The notes under the pieces: model-generated
Databases searched by the model: none
Told to the model about the DNA's origin: nothing
The model's input: only the letters and a program-made list of their open reading frames with translations
In this document: piece by piece, positions 28,861 to 39,188 of the stretch
How positions within the stretch are numbered: position 1 is the stretch's first letter
Layout of the letters: each line of letters starts with the position of its first letter
Made by a program: the position numbers and the translations under genes
Virus genome (UHGV): UHGV-1358930
DNA length: 64,000 bases
DNA from: a virus
Strand: one strand, 5' to 3'

Positions 28861-30531
28861 ATGGCTACTTCAAATTTTACAACATTCAACAACGACTGGA
28901 CTTACTGTGCACAAGAGGGCTATATATCTGCGGGCACATTCAAAAACACAAATTCGAGTAAGATTCATATTTCTAGCGTATCGCTGTGGCTTGGTACTCT
29001 TAGTGGATATGTAAATGCAGGCGATACGACTACTGGAAATGGCAAACCAATTTCAACCACAGTTAAGATTGGAAACACAATATCTACTGCAGTAAACGTA
29101 ACAGCTGTAACTGGTACAGGTTACGATTCTAGTGTAGGATACTACCCTACGCATAAAAATAACCCCGAATATAAGTTTCCGATATCCGCTACCGTAAATC
29201 CAGGAGCTACAGTAACAATATATGTGCATGCTCCAAATGGAATAAATACCTCCACAGGAAATTGTTTAACAAAAACGCAAAACAAAGGCACAGTGACGTA
29301 TGAAGTAGTTCCGGACTATTATACTGTATCCTACGATGCTAACGGAGGTACAGGTGCACCAGCTTCTCAACAAAAAATACATGATGTTAATCTAACTCTG
29401 TCCTCTACTGAACCAAAAAAAGCATCAACGTCTGTTTCAAGCTACCGTGTTACATTCAATGCCAATGGAGGTTCATGTGATGTAGCTTACAGAGACTCGA
29501 CCAAAACAACTACTTACACATTTATTTGCTGGGCTGCAAATAAAGATGGATCAGGTACAACCTGGTTTCCAGGAGGTACGTATCGTCAAAACGCTTCCAT
29601 AACACTATATGCAAGTTACGTAGGAGTAGAGACACAAGATTCAGTCGGACTCCCGCACGCTTCTAGACCTGGATACGTGTTTAAAGGTTGGGCAGAATCA
29701 CCATCGGAAACTTCTGGTGGCACACTATGGTACACTCCACAGCAGAATATTACCCTATATGCAACATGGGAGCGAGCTTCTATCACAATTACATATAACG
29801 CTAATGGTGGATCTGGAGCTCCTTCAAATCAATCAGGTGTACCGCCAATTACAATCAGTTCAACTATACCTACTAGATCTAATTGCAAATTTAAATGTTG
29901 GAATACTAGATCTGACGAATCTGGTACATCATACAATCCTGGAGATGTATACAATGGGTTCTCTAATGTCACATTGTATGCAATATGGCTATATAAATTC
30001 ACAATAGGTGGAACAGATGGAACAGTGACGTATAGCGGATCTTCGTTATCTCTCGCATACTCCGCAGACAATTCTACGCTTACTGCGTATCTGGATAAGG
30101 GTACACACATACCGTTATCTGAGTTCAGGTTCAATTGGGACTCGTACTCAGGAAAAACTTTACAAAGCTGGAACACCAATACAGCAGGAAGTGGAACTTC
30201 ATACAGCTTAACTCAGACAATACAATTATCATCTGCATTGACGTTGCATGCAATAGCAGCTCCGCTACACACATATACTGTATCATTTTACGATGGAAAA
30301 TCTCCTGTAAATTCTGTGATCAGCTCTATTCAAAAACCATACGGATCCGAATTGGTTGATTCAGATTATCCTACTCCGCCTACTTGGCCTGGTCACAAAT
30401 TTTCTGGTTGGGTAGGAGGATATTCGATAGTAATGAAAGACATGACAATAACTGCGATGTGGGGATCTTCTCCCGTATGGATATTCACTACATCTGGGTG
30501 GGTCAAATATTCACCGAAGGAGAAAAAATAA
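28861..30531 (+). CDS. receptor-binding/tail protein with Listeria-Bacteroides (Flg_new-like) repeats
   Basis: Repeated Yx(A/D)NGG(T/S)GAP strands: YDANGGTGAPASQ, FNANGGSCDV, YNANGGSGAPSNQ. Confidence 0.6.
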   Translation: MATSNFTTFNNDWTYCAQEGYISAGTFKNTNSSKIHISSVSLWLGTLSGYVNAGDTTTGNGKPISTTVKIGNTISTAVNVTAVTGTGYDSSVGYYPTHKNNPEYKFPISATVNPGATVTIYVHAPNGINTSTGNCLTKTQNKGTVTYEVVPDYYTVSYDANGGTGAPASQQKIHDVNLTLSSTEPKKASTSVSSYRVTFNANGGSCDVAYRDSTKTTTYTFICWAANKDGSGTTWFPGGTYRQNASITLYASYVGVETQDSVGLPHASRPGYVFKGWAESPSETSGGTLWYTPQQNITLYATWERASITITYNANGGSGAPSNQSGVPPITISSTIPTRSNCKFKCWNTRSDESGTSYNPGDVYNGFSNVTLYAIWLYKFTIGGTDGTVTYSGSSLSLAYSADNSTLTAYLDKGTHIPLSEFRFNWDSYSGKTLQSWNTNTAGSGTSYSLTQTIQLSSALTLHAIAAPLHTYTVSFYDGKSPVNSVISSIQKPYGSELVDSDYPTPPTWPGHKFSGWVGGYSIVMKDMTITAMWGSSPVWIFTTSGWVKYSPKEKK

Positions 30532-31266
30532 ATGGGATGGATAATGTCTTCAAAATTTCCTGGAAAAGCTATCATCTACAACTACTACAATCAGGATGTA
30601 GGTAGTTCAAAGAAGGGAACATATACGAAAGCGGATCCAGAATTCTTCAACTGGCAAATAGGTGAATACTGGCTCCAGCACGATCAATGTATAAAATATA
30701 TCAACACTGCCGAAAGTGCGATACGATTGACACGTGTAGGAATAAAAACCATGTCATGTAACTCCAATGGTCAAAGTTACTGGTCATACGGAGGTGGTCC
30801 GAACCCGCCTGTAACTGGCAAAGGTGGAAAATATTATGCGTTTATACAGCATTTTGATGCAAATGAAAACTTGCTAGATAGATCATATATTGGAGATACT
30901 AAACCTGCGATTGATATTCCCGACGTTGGACCTAACATGATATGGGCAGGAGACGGAAGTACGCTAGGGCATACTGCAATATTTGATTCAACAAAGATGA
31001 CGATGAACACATATGAAACACCAGATTGTCCTGCCATACAGCCAGGAGAAGGATTCTATCTTCATTTAGGCATCGGAGAATTCACTGAAACTTGGCTACC
31101 TGCAGTAAACATCATGTTTTCATTAGTGCCTGGAGATATGGATATATATATTGAACCTGCAGAACAGCCGGCAATATGGAGATTCGAAGAGGATAGAAAA
31201 TGGCACTTAGTTAAACGCTTATACAAGATGACAGGATCCGGATGGACAAGCATGTACGACAAGTAG
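30532..31266 (+). CDS. hypothetical structural protein
   Basis: AAGGAGAAAAAA RBS; 244 aa. Confidence 0.5.
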   Translation: MGWIMSSKFPGKAIIYNYYNQDVGSSKKGTYTKADPEFFNWQIGEYWLQHDQCIKYINTAESAIRLTRVGIKTMSCNSNGQSYWSYGGGPNPPVTGKGGKYYAFIQHFDANENLLDRSYIGDTKPAIDIPDVGPNMIWAGDGSTLGHTAIFDSTKMTMNTYETPDCPAIQPGEGFYLHLGIGEFTETWLPAVNIMFSLVPGDMDIYIEPAEQPAIWRFEEDRKWHLVKRLYKMTGSGWTSMYDK

Positions 31267-31274
31267 GTGAAATC

Positions 31275-31661
31275 ATGAAAATATTTACAAGCAAGACAAC
31301 AAAATTAAGTGCTAATCAGCAAGTAAATAGAGTTGGTAAATACTTATTTAATCACATTGACAGCGCATACAACTATAAAAAATCTGGAAATATGTTTGAT
31401 GTGTATATCACAGCATACTATCAAGATACAAGTAGACTCGACTCTAGTGTAGAAGAAATGAATATTGACATCAACATAACTACATACAGCAATAAGCTCC
31501 GAATAAATATTATTTCTTTAGATGAAAATGAGAAGACTATCGGATCTGATGTGTATACGCCTGAGTTTCTTGAGGACTTGCCGAAAGCTTACAGCAAAAT
31601 AATGAACCGAATAAAGTACAGGATGTCTAAAGAGTTCTCGAAATACGAATTTATTTTCTAG
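31275..31661 (+). CDS. hypothetical protein
   Basis: AGGTGA RBS before ATG 31275. Confidence 0.45.
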   Translation: MKIFTSKTTKLSANQQVNRVGKYLFNHIDSAYNYKKSGNMFDVYITAYYQDTSRLDSSVEEMNIDINITTYSNKLRINIISLDENEKTIGSDVYTPEFLEDLPKAYSKIMNRIKYRMSKEFSKYEFIF

Positions 31662-31929
31662 ATTCGTTATTTATATCGGAGGAGAATCTACAAATGAGAC
31701 TATACATCAAATCAAGTGAAAACACATCCGAAGAATTTGAAACGTTCAACACATTTGAAGTTAGTAGCATATCCGATGTACTTTCAGCTCATGCCTGATG
31801 AATTTCACTATAAAAGACCTCTTAGACAAGGAGGTCCGATGCTTGTGAAAATAGCTTATAGAACAATTCAATGGTAATCAGTTTTCACGCGTTAACATAA
31901 CATCATTCTAACTAGGAGCTGCTGAATCA

Positions 31930-32709
31930 ATGAAAAAACGAATATATCCAATATCTGCTGGAATTCGTGTTGAGAACAACAAATTTATATTTAAGAATGA
32001 AAATTCACCTGATGATATAATTGATTTCAAATATCCTCAGATATATCAATCGAAATTTGGAAAATACACTTATTGGTTCGGTTACAAGTTCAATGACACA
32101 GTTTCCTCTAAAGACAGATCTAAGTTCTTGCACGCTATCAAAGGATTATCCGAAGATCAGATATCTGATAATGATATTGTTGACTTTATAGACAGGCCAA
32201 TATTTGAGTTAGACAACTATATAAATACGTACAGCATATCTGCAGTTATTTACCCAGTATCTGGAAGAAGCAAGTTAGTTTCTAAAATAATAAGTGAAGT
32301 AGGGAGATTCACTTCACATGATACAAAGAGGCTGTCGTTTGAGTTTGTTAAAAATATTCCAAATAAAATTGAATTTGATTGGGAGCAATTTGAATCCGAT
32401 ACGTCGAATGATCTCAACAAATACAATCAAATGAAGAAATATGTAACAGAGGAATTGTTACCAGCTATTCATTCCTTAGATTACTTTTCTCTTGCAGAAA
32501 ATGTGAAACCTAAATATCGAAAGTATATAAAAAACTATTTGGCATTGTCTGAATCAGATGTAGCTAAACTAGCTTCGTTAAAAGGTGAAACTGTTCTTAT
32601 TATAGACGATATAAATACATCAGGTGCTACACTAGATGAGCTTGTCCGAAACATCAGACTACTAAATAACACGTGCAAGATTTTTATTTATACGCTTATC
32701 GGTAAATAG
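31930..32709 (+). CDS. type I phosphoribosyltransferase-domain protein (C-terminal PRPP-binding motif) with unknown about 150-aa N-terminal domain
   Basis: PRT type I signature VLIIDDINTSGATL near the C-terminus; TAGGAG RBS. Confidence 0.6.
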   Translation: MKKRIYPISAGIRVENNKFIFKNENSPDDIIDFKYPQIYQSKFGKYTYWFGYKFNDTVSSKDRSKFLHAIKGLSEDQISDNDIVDFIDRPIFELDNYINTYSISAVIYPVSGRSKLVSKIISEVGRFTSHDTKRLSFEFVKNIPNKIEFDWEQFESDTSNDLNKYNQMKKYVTEELLPAIHSLDYFSLAENVKPKYRKYIKNYLALSESDVAKLASLKGETVLIIDDINTSGATLDELVRNIRLLNNTCKIFIYTLIGK

Positions 32710-32904
32710 CGAACCAATCGTTAATTTATATAGTAACTTGACGAAGAGTATACTCAATATCGTGCACATGGAGTAAAAAAAATAACATTGACACATGCCG
32801 ATGATCACATAGATAGAATACCGCTTGTGTTTTGTAAGAAACCTTGACACCCACAAGCCCAGCAGAAATGCTGAAATAAACAAAAATAAAAGGAGTTAAT
32901 AATT

Positions 32905-33654
32905 ATGAGTAAATTACGAAAGATCATTGTTTCAGAAATTGAGGACTACAGAGTTCTCTTGCGCAATGCGCCAGCTGTTACAATGATCTTTTTCTGTGTG
33001 TCTGTTATCTTAATGAACCTATTTGCGTCTAAAGAGCTACTAAATATTGAATATTTAGGGCTAGATTGCGGATTTTTGCTATCATGGCTCAGTTTTCTTT
33101 GCATGGATATGCTGACAAAGCGATTTGGTGCAAAACCCGCGATCAAACTTTCATTGTTTGCTGTTTTCCTCAACTTGCTTACATGTATATTCTTCTTTAT
33201 AGTTGCACACATCGGAAACAACTGGGCAGCTTTCTATACATACGAAAATGACATTGCTAACTCCGCTATAAATGAAACAATCGGAGGTACCTGGTATGTG
33301 TTAGTGGGATCAATGACTGCTTTCGTTGTTTCGTCAATTGTAAACGCACTGCTAAATGAAGGAATTGGTAAATTAGTTAAGAGGAAAAATTTTGTCGAAT
33401 ACGCTCTTAGGTCATATGCTTCTACAATGATTGGTCAGTTTGTAGACAATCTTGTTTTTGCAAGCTTAGTATCTAAGATTTTCTTTGGGTGGACATGGAA
33501 GCAGGTAGTATTTTGCTCACTCGCTGGAGCTATCGCAGAACTTCTATCCGAAGTAATTTTCAGCCCGATCGGATTTAAAGTTTGCAAGAAATGGGAGAAG
33601 CACAATGTAGGCGCGGATTATATCAAGTACACGCTTAGCAAAGAAAGGAGATAA
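32905..33654 (+). CDS. yhhQ: YhhQ/DUF165-family membrane protein (queuosine-precursor preQ0/preQ1 transporter family)
   Basis: 6-7 predicted TM helices; CMDMLTKRFGAKPAIKLSLFAVFLNLL resembles the YhhQ core (D..tEvyG motif); AAAGGAG RBS. Confidence 0.6.
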   Translation: MSKLRKIIVSEIEDYRVLLRNAPAVTMIFFCVSVILMNLFASKELLNIEYLGLDCGFLLSWLSFLCMDMLTKRFGAKPAIKLSLFAVFLNLLTCIFFFIVAHIGNNWAAFYTYENDIANSAINETIGGTWYVLVGSMTAFVVSSIVNALLNEGIGKLVKRKNFVEYALRSYASTMIGQFVDNLVFASLVSKIFFGWTWKQVVFCSLAGAIAELLSEVIFSPIGFKVCKKWEKHNVGADYIKYTLSKERR

Positions 33655-33660
33655 TTAAAC

Positions 33661-34341
33661 ATGTCAAATAACAAAGGAGTAGTAGTTGTAACTGGATCTT
33701 CTGGAGGTATTGGAGAGGCCATATGTAAAAAATTTCTATCCGAGGGGTTTGAAGTTCACGGAATTGATGTAGTAACTCCTTCGACAGAACTTCTACATGA
33801 TTTAAACTTCTATTCACACATAAACGATATTAGAAATTCTAATGATCTGCCAGACATTGACAAAGTGGAGTACTTGATCAATTGTGCAGGTACTCAAAAT
33901 TCATACGATGATATCGGAAATAATCTTATCGGTCTAATGAATACTACAGAGAAATATGGACTTCAATATTGGATTAAATCAATTGTAAACATGGCATCTG
34001 TATCCGCGCACAACGGATGTGAATTTCCTAAATACGTCGCGTCTAAAGGTGGTGTGCTCGCTTATACTATATGGACAGCCAAAGAAATTGCTACATACGA
34101 GAATCACCCAACATGTAACAGCCTATCATTTGGCGGAGTACTGACAGCACTTAATTCGGAAGTTATCTGTGACAAAGAAAAGTTCAACAAGATTATGGAC
34201 ATGACTCCGTTAAGGAAGTGGGCTACAGCTGAAGAGTGTGCAGAATGGACATACTTCATCTCAGTTGTAAATAAATCAATGTCAGGACAAGATATCATTA
34301 TCGATAACATGGAAACTAGAAACAATCAGTTTGTTTGGTAA
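33661..34341 (+). CDS. short-chain dehydrogenase/reductase (SDR) family oxidoreductase
   Basis: Rossmann TGSSGGIG at the N-terminus; catalytic YxxxK-like YVASK; AAAGGAG RBS. Confidence 0.6.
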   Translation: MSNNKGVVVVTGSSGGIGEAICKKFLSEGFEVHGIDVVTPSTELLHDLNFYSHINDIRNSNDLPDIDKVEYLINCAGTQNSYDDIGNNLIGLMNTTEKYGLQYWIKSIVNMASVSAHNGCEFPKYVASKGGVLAYTIWTAKEIATYENHPTCNSLSFGGVLTALNSEVICDKEKFNKIMDMTPLRKWATAEECAEWTYFISVVNKSMSGQDIIIDNMETRNNQFVW

Positions 34342-34350
34342 AGTATTCAA

Positions 34351-34406
34351 AGAGAGTTTTGTATTCCTTTGAAACCCTCTCTGAAAATAAAAATAATAAG
34401 GAGAAG
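34351..34406 (+). ncRNA. candidate preQ1-I-type riboswitch-like leader (hairpin + A-rich tail + SD) upstream of queF
   Basis: agagag..ctctct 6-bp stem, then gaaaataaaaataataaggag with the SD in the tail; architecture only, no model scan possible. Confidence 0.3.
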
Positions 34407-34413
34407 TAAAAAA

Positions 34414-35925
34414 ATGCTAAAATCAAACAATGGAAGAACATCCGAAGACTTATCAGGAGTAACTCTACTTGGTAATAACAACACTGAGTACAACTACGAC
34501 TATACTCCAGAAGTTCTAGAAACATTTGTAAACAAGCATCCTGACAACGATTATGTTGTCACATTTGATGCTTATGAATTTACAAGCAAGTGTGTCACCG
34601 GAGACACTATGATAGATGTTGCATGTAATGAAACTGACAATCCGGATGGAATTCCAATCAAAGATTTGGTAGGTACAGAAGGATATGTGTTTTGTGTAGA
34701 TCCCACTACATTACAACCATTATGTAGGAAGTATCGAGATGTACGAAAGACTGGAGAAAGTGTACCTGTAGTTAAAGTACTCATGCAAAGTTTGAGAACA
34801 GATGGAAAGGGTAACACATACTATGAATCTTCTGAAATCAAGTGTACACCTGATCATATGATATTGGTGAAAAAAGGATTCCATGATAGCGAATGGGTGT
34901 GTGCAAAAGATCTCAAACCTGGCATGAGGTTGATTGCAAATCAAAGAAGTGGAGATGTAATACGATCTAAACTTCGACACAGACTTATTGGGGAAGCAAT
35001 TTTTGATGAAGATATTATGAATATTCATCATATAGACGGTAATCATTACAATAATGACCCATCTAATCTATCTAATTTATCTTCTCATGATCATCACCAT
35101 CTTCATAGATCTCAAGAATATGGATACGATAATTTAGATGTATCATACTTAGTTGATCTGTATAACTCCGGAGAAAACTTCAACTCCATAGCAAAGATGT
35201 TCAACTGTGATGTATCTACCATTGAATCTAGAATAGGTAATATAGTTGGAAGACGGACACAATCAGAGTCATTATCACTACGAAATAACTTGTTGAATAA
35301 AGAGCGGGATAGCGAAATCTGTGAATTGTACAACAAAGGATACTTGCTATCTGAAATTGCAGATTACTTAAATATCCACAGTACAACAGTGTTAGGAGCA
35401 CTAGAAAGACACGGCATCCCTCGCAGAGAATCGAACTTCTCTAGGTACAATCGAAAGAAATTGAACCTCCCACCATTGAATCATAAAGTACTAGCTGTAC
35501 TAGATGGTGGATATGAAGATGTGTACAACATGGAAGTAGAAGGAGTTGAAAACTATTTTGCCAATGAAGTGATAGTCCATAACTGCCCAAAAACGGGGCA
35601 GCCAGATTTTGCAAAAGTTGTAATTAGTTACATTCCTAATGAGAGAATGGTTGAAAGCAAGTCCCTAAAGCTTTACCTCTTTTCTTTCCGCAATCATGGA
35701 GATTTCCACGAAGACTGCATGAACATCATCATGAAGGATCTAATTCATCTTATGGATCCGAAGTACATTGAAGTAAAAGGTATTTTTTCTCCAAGAGGAG
35801 GTATCTCCATCTTTCCCTTTGTTAACTACGCGAATCCGAAATTTAATTATCAGGATTTTGCAAAGTCTCGAATGCTGGAGGCGCTTAGAGATTCGAGCAA
35901 TAGAACAGTAAGATACGATATGTGA
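34414..35925 (+). CDS. queF: NADPH-dependent 7-cyano-7-deazaguanine reductase QueF (YkvM type), interrupted by an intein (extein 172 aa)
   Basis: N-extein ends ..AYEFTSK, C-extein starts [18 protein letters not shown]..; spliced junction [14 protein letters not shown] matches the QueF catalytic motif E(F/Y)TSLCPxTGQPD. Confidence 0.8.
   Translation: MLKSNNGRTSEDLSGVTLLGNNNTEYNYDYTPEVLETFVNKHPDNDYVVTFDAYEFTSKCVTGDTMIDVACNETDNPDGIPIKDLVGTEGYVFCVDPTTLQPLCRKYRDVRKTGESVPVVKVLMQSLRTDGKGNTYYESSEIKCTPDHMILVKKGFHDSEWVCAKDLKPGMRLIANQRSGDVIRSKLRHRLIGEAIFDEDIMNIHHIDGNHYNNDPSNLSNLSSHDHHHLHRSQEYGYDNLDVSYLVDLYNSGENFNSIAKMFNCDVSTIESRIGNIVGRRTQSESLSLRNNLLNKERDSEICELYNKGYLLSEIADYLNIHSTTVLGALERHGIPRRESNFSRYNRKKLNLPPLNHKVLAVLDGGYEDVYNMEVEGVENYFANEVIVHNCPKTGQPDFAKVVISYIPNERMVESKSLKLYLFSFRNHGDFHEDCMNIIMKDLIHLMDPKYIEVKGIFSPRGGISIFPFVNYANPKFNYQDFAKSRMLEALRDSSNRTVRYDM
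34591..35583 (+). mobile_element. intein (331 aa) within queF carrying an HNH endonuclease domain and two HTH modules; inserted immediately before the QueF catalytic Cys, which serves as +1 residue
   Basis: Block [11 protein letters not shown] at the start; terminal VIVHN followed by extein Cys; HNH core [23 protein letters not shown]. Confidence 0.75.
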
Positions 35926-36023
35926 AACAACGGGAAGATATAAATATAGTAAAGTCTGTAGATACGTACAGCAAAAAAAAGCAGCAAACTCTAGAATAGA
36001 TTACAATTACTTAGAAAGGTTAG

Positions 36024-36767
36024 ATGAAAATGGAAAACAAAAGAAATTCAAACAAAAAAGCGTTGGTGCTCTCGTCAGGTGGAGTAGACTCCACTACTTG
36101 CGTAGGTATTGCTGTAAATGAATTAGGTTCTGAAAATGTTAGCACTGTATCGGTGTTTTATGGACAGAAACACAATAAAGAACTTGAATGCGCTGAAAAA
36201 GTAGCTGAATTTTATAATGTAAAGCACTATGTTCTTGACTTGTCTAATGTCCTTCAGTACAGCAACTGTTCTCTAATGAAGAACAGCACAGAAGAAATCC
36301 CTATGATGAGCTACGCAGAGCAGATTGAAAAGAATGGTAAACCATCAACAGAAGTTCCATTGAGAAATGGACTCATGCTCATGGCAGTTGGCTCATTAGC
36401 TATGCAACTTTATCCAGAAGCTGATGTCGATATTTACATTGGAGCACATGCCGATGATGCTGCAGGTAATGCTTATCCAGATTGCTCTGCAGAATTCATT
36501 CAAAACGTAAAAGAAGCAATATTGATTGGATCTAGATATAAAGTTAACTTAGTTTCTCCATTTGTGAATCATAACAAATCAGAAGTTGTTAAATTAGGGT
36601 TATCTATAGGTGCTCCGTATGAATTAACAACTTCCTGTTACAATGGCAGAGAGAAAGCTTGTGGATTGTGTGGAACCTGCAGAGATCGTATAGCTGCATT
36701 CAAAGCAAACAATGCAATTGACCCAATTGAATATGAAATTGACGACCCATTCAAAGAAATGCGATGA
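36024..36767 (+). CDS. queC: 7-cyano-7-deazaguanine synthase QueC
   Basis: PP-loop [14 protein letters not shown]; C-terminal zinc Cys cluster [10 protein letters not shown]. Confidence 0.9.
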   Translation: MKMENKRNSNKKALVLSSGGVDSTTCVGIAVNELGSENVSTVSVFYGQKHNKELECAEKVAEFYNVKHYVLDLSNVLQYSNCSLMKNSTEEIPMMSYAEQIEKNGKPSTEVPLRNGLMLMAVGSLAMQLYPEADVDIYIGAHADDAAGNAYPDCSAEFIQNVKEAILIGSRYKVNLVSPFVNHNKSEVVKLGLSIGAPYELTTSCYNGREKACGLCGTCRDRIAAFKANNAIDPIEYEIDDPFKEMR

Positions 36768-36774
36768 TGTTCAA

Positions 36775-37371
36775 ATGGAAATATGGCGACCTGCTAAAGG
36801 ATATGAAGATAAATATGAGGTGAGCAATTTAGGACGAGTAAGAAATTCAAAGCATTATATCATGAAACCACATCTACAAGATGATGGATATCTTTGGATA
36901 TACCTTGCGTCTAAAACTAGTCCTAACAACACATCAATTCATAGGCTAGTTGCTAAAACGTTTATTCCGAATCCAGAAGGCAAACCGCAAGTAAATCACA
37001 TAGACGGGAACAAAACAAATAATCGAGTTGAGAATCTAGAATGGGTTACAGGATCTGAAAATGTTAAACATGCTTATGCCAATAATCTAATTGCAGACAA
37101 ATCTCCTGAAGGCATCAGAAATATTGTAGCAGCAGCTAGAAAATCATTGAAGAAATATTGCAACATCCCGATAATATGTGAAACTACAGGGCAAGAGTTT
37201 GAATCTATTCATCATGCTGCACTACATTATGATGTAGACGATACCACTATTCAAAACATCGTAAGAAATGTAACAAAAAGATCCAGAAAACTACCTGGAT
37301 TGAAATTTAGATTCAAATATCCAGAGATTACTTGTAGATCACCTCATAGAAAGAAACATTTAATTAAATAG
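36775..37371 (+). CDS. HNH homing endonuclease inserted between queC and queD
   Basis: [23 protein letters not shown]; [25 protein letters not shown]; C-terminal IENR/NUMOD-like module. The ORF listed from 36712 overlaps queC; the likely start is ATG 36775. Confidence 0.75.
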   Translation: MEIWRPAKGYEDKYEVSNLGRVRNSKHYIMKPHLQDDGYLWIYLASKTSPNNTSIHRLVAKTFIPNPEGKPQVNHIDGNKTNNRVENLEWVTGSENVKHAYANNLIADKSPEGIRNIVAAARKSLKKYCNIPIICETTGQEFESIHHAALHYDVDDTTIQNIVRNVTKRSRKLPGLKFRFKYPEITCRSPHRKKHLIK

Positions 37372-37387
37372 CTTTGGAGGAATGAGA

Positions 37388-37825
37388 ATGTATACAGTAA
37401 AAACAAAAGTATCTTTTGAAGCTGCGCATCGTCTATACAATGTAGACACATACTCAAAAGAATGCAGAGATAATCTCCATGGGCACTCATACAAAGTAGA
37501 AATTGTCGTAGGCGCAGATAACTTGAACTCTGCTGGAATGGTTATTGATTTCAAGCTGCTAAAAACAGTTATTCGAGAAGAGATTGAATCTAAATATGAT
37601 CATTCTTGTATATTGAGAAAATGCGATCCAATTGCAAATACTATCAAGGAAAACTGTAAGAAAGTTATCCTTGTTGACGAAAGTCCTACTGCAGAATGGA
37701 TGGCAAAAGAATTCTATGACATGATTGAATCTAAAGTTCATACGTATTCTTCTGATTTACATGTTGTTTCAATTGGAGTACAAGAAACAGAAAATAACAT
37801 TGCGTATTATCTTCCGGAGGAATAA
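37388..37825 (+). CDS. queD: 6-carboxy-5,6,7,8-tetrahydropterin synthase QueD
   Basis: CRDNLHGHSYKVEIVV zinc/catalytic motif; GGAGG RBS. Confidence 0.9.
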   Translation: MYTVKTKVSFEAAHRLYNVDTYSKECRDNLHGHSYKVEIVVGADNLNSAGMVIDFKLLKTVIREEIESKYDHSCILRKCDPIANTIKENCKKVILVDESPTAEWMAKEFYDMIESKVHTYSSDLHVVSIGVQETENNIAYYLPEE

Positions 37826-37827
37826 AC

Positions 37828-38469
37828 ATGAAAGTTATCGAATTATTTAATAGTATTGATGGAGAGGGCAAACGAGCTGGTATGCTCGCTACGTTTATAC
37901 GTCTGTCTACGTGCAATCTTAGATGCAGTTACTGCGATTCCGCTTACGCTTTCGATGATAAGCTTGCTGAAGAGATGTCAATTCAAAGTATTGTAGCAAA
38001 CTGCGACAAATATGATTGTCCGCAAATTACGCTAACTGGTGGAGAGCCTTTGATTTCCAGAGACGTAGAGCTACTTTTATCCGAACTTGATTCTCATGGA
38101 TATGACGTCAATGTGGAAACAAATGGGTCTATTGATCCATCCGCATATCATAAATACAAAAATGTTTGGTTCACAATTGACTGGAAATGCCCTTCTAGCG
38201 GTATGGAGTCAAAAATGAATCCGAAAGCATTTGAAACACTTCGTGAGCAGGATGTACTAAAATTCGTAGTAGGGTCAAATGAGGACTTACAAGATGCGTT
38301 ACACGTCATCAAGAAGTACAACCCAAAATGCTCAATCTATTTCAGTCCGGTATTTGGATATGATGCAAAAAATATCGTAGAATTCATGAAAGATCACAAA
38401 CTGAATGATTGCAAAGTTCAGCTTCAAATTCATAAGTATATCTATGACCCGAATGCTAGAGGAGTATGA
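37828..38469 (+). CDS. queE: 7-carboxy-7-deazaguanine synthase QueE (radical SAM)
   Basis: [10 protein letters not shown] radical-SAM cluster motif; GGAGG RBS. Confidence 0.9.
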   Translation: MKVIELFNSIDGEGKRAGMLATFIRLSTCNLRCSYCDSAYAFDDKLAEEMSIQSIVANCDKYDCPQITLTGGEPLISRDVELLLSELDSHGYDVNVETNGSIDPSAYHKYKNVWFTIDWKCPSSGMESKMNPKAFETLREQDVLKFVVGSNEDLQDALHVIKKYNPKCSIYFSPVFGYDAKNIVEFMKDHKLNDCKVQLQIHKYIYDPNARGV

Positions 38470-38486
38470 TCAAAGAAGGTGTTGAT

Positions 38487-39062
38487 ATGAAAAATATTGA
38501 TAAAAACAAAATTGAAAAGCTGACAAGAGAGCTCTTAGTAGCTTTAGGCGATGATCCTGACAGAGAAGGGTTGAAGAAGACTCCAAGTCGAGTTGCAAGA
38601 ATGTGTGATGAATTATTTGAAGGTATGACACATTCGAATCACGAGATAGCTGAAATGTTCAATACATGTTTTGAAGATGTAAAAACTGGAGATCTTGTAG
38701 TGGAGAGCAATATTCCGATTCACTCCTGCTGCGAACATCATCTCATGCTGATGTATGATATGTCAGTAGCTATTGGATACATTCCAAATGGTAAAGTTAT
38801 CGGATTATCTAAGCTTGCTAGAATTTCTGACATGGTTGGAAAGCGACTTCAGTTGCAAGAACGAATCGGTTCAGATATCGCAGATATTCTCCACGAAATT
38901 CTCAATACCAATGACATCATTGTTGTCATTCAAGGAAAGCACGGATGCATGACAGCACGCGGCATTAAATCAAGAGAAGCAATAACTCGAACAGCTACAC
39001 TTAGAGGAAGATTTGAGTCAGATTCAGATCTACGATCCGAATTCTATTCTCTCATCAAATAA
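38487..39062 (+). CDS. folE: GTP cyclohydrolase I FolE
   Basis: CEHHLM active-site motif; N-terminus aligns with B. subtilis MtrA-type FolE ([17 protein letters not shown]). Confidence 0.9.
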   Translation: MKNIDKNKIEKLTRELLVALGDDPDREGLKKTPSRVARMCDELFEGMTHSNHEIAEMFNTCFEDVKTGDLVVESNIPIHSCCEHHLMLMYDMSVAIGYIPNGKVIGLSKLARISDMVGKRLQLQERIGSDIADILHEILNTNDIIVVIQGKHGCMTARGIKSREAITRTATLRGRFESDSDLRSEFYSLIK

Positions 39063-39101
39063 CTTACTTCTGGATACAGATAAGTAGATTGAATCGTTAA
39101 T

Positions 39102-39137
39102 GTAGACGTACTAAACTATAGTGCGTCTACAATTTTA
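39102..39137 (+). terminator. possible terminator hairpin
   Basis: gtagacg..cgtctac stem followed by AATTTTATAT. Confidence 0.35.
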
Positions 39138-39188
39138 TATACTTAGTTAAATTTTACGAAAATAATCTAAAGAAATGAGGTCAAATAA

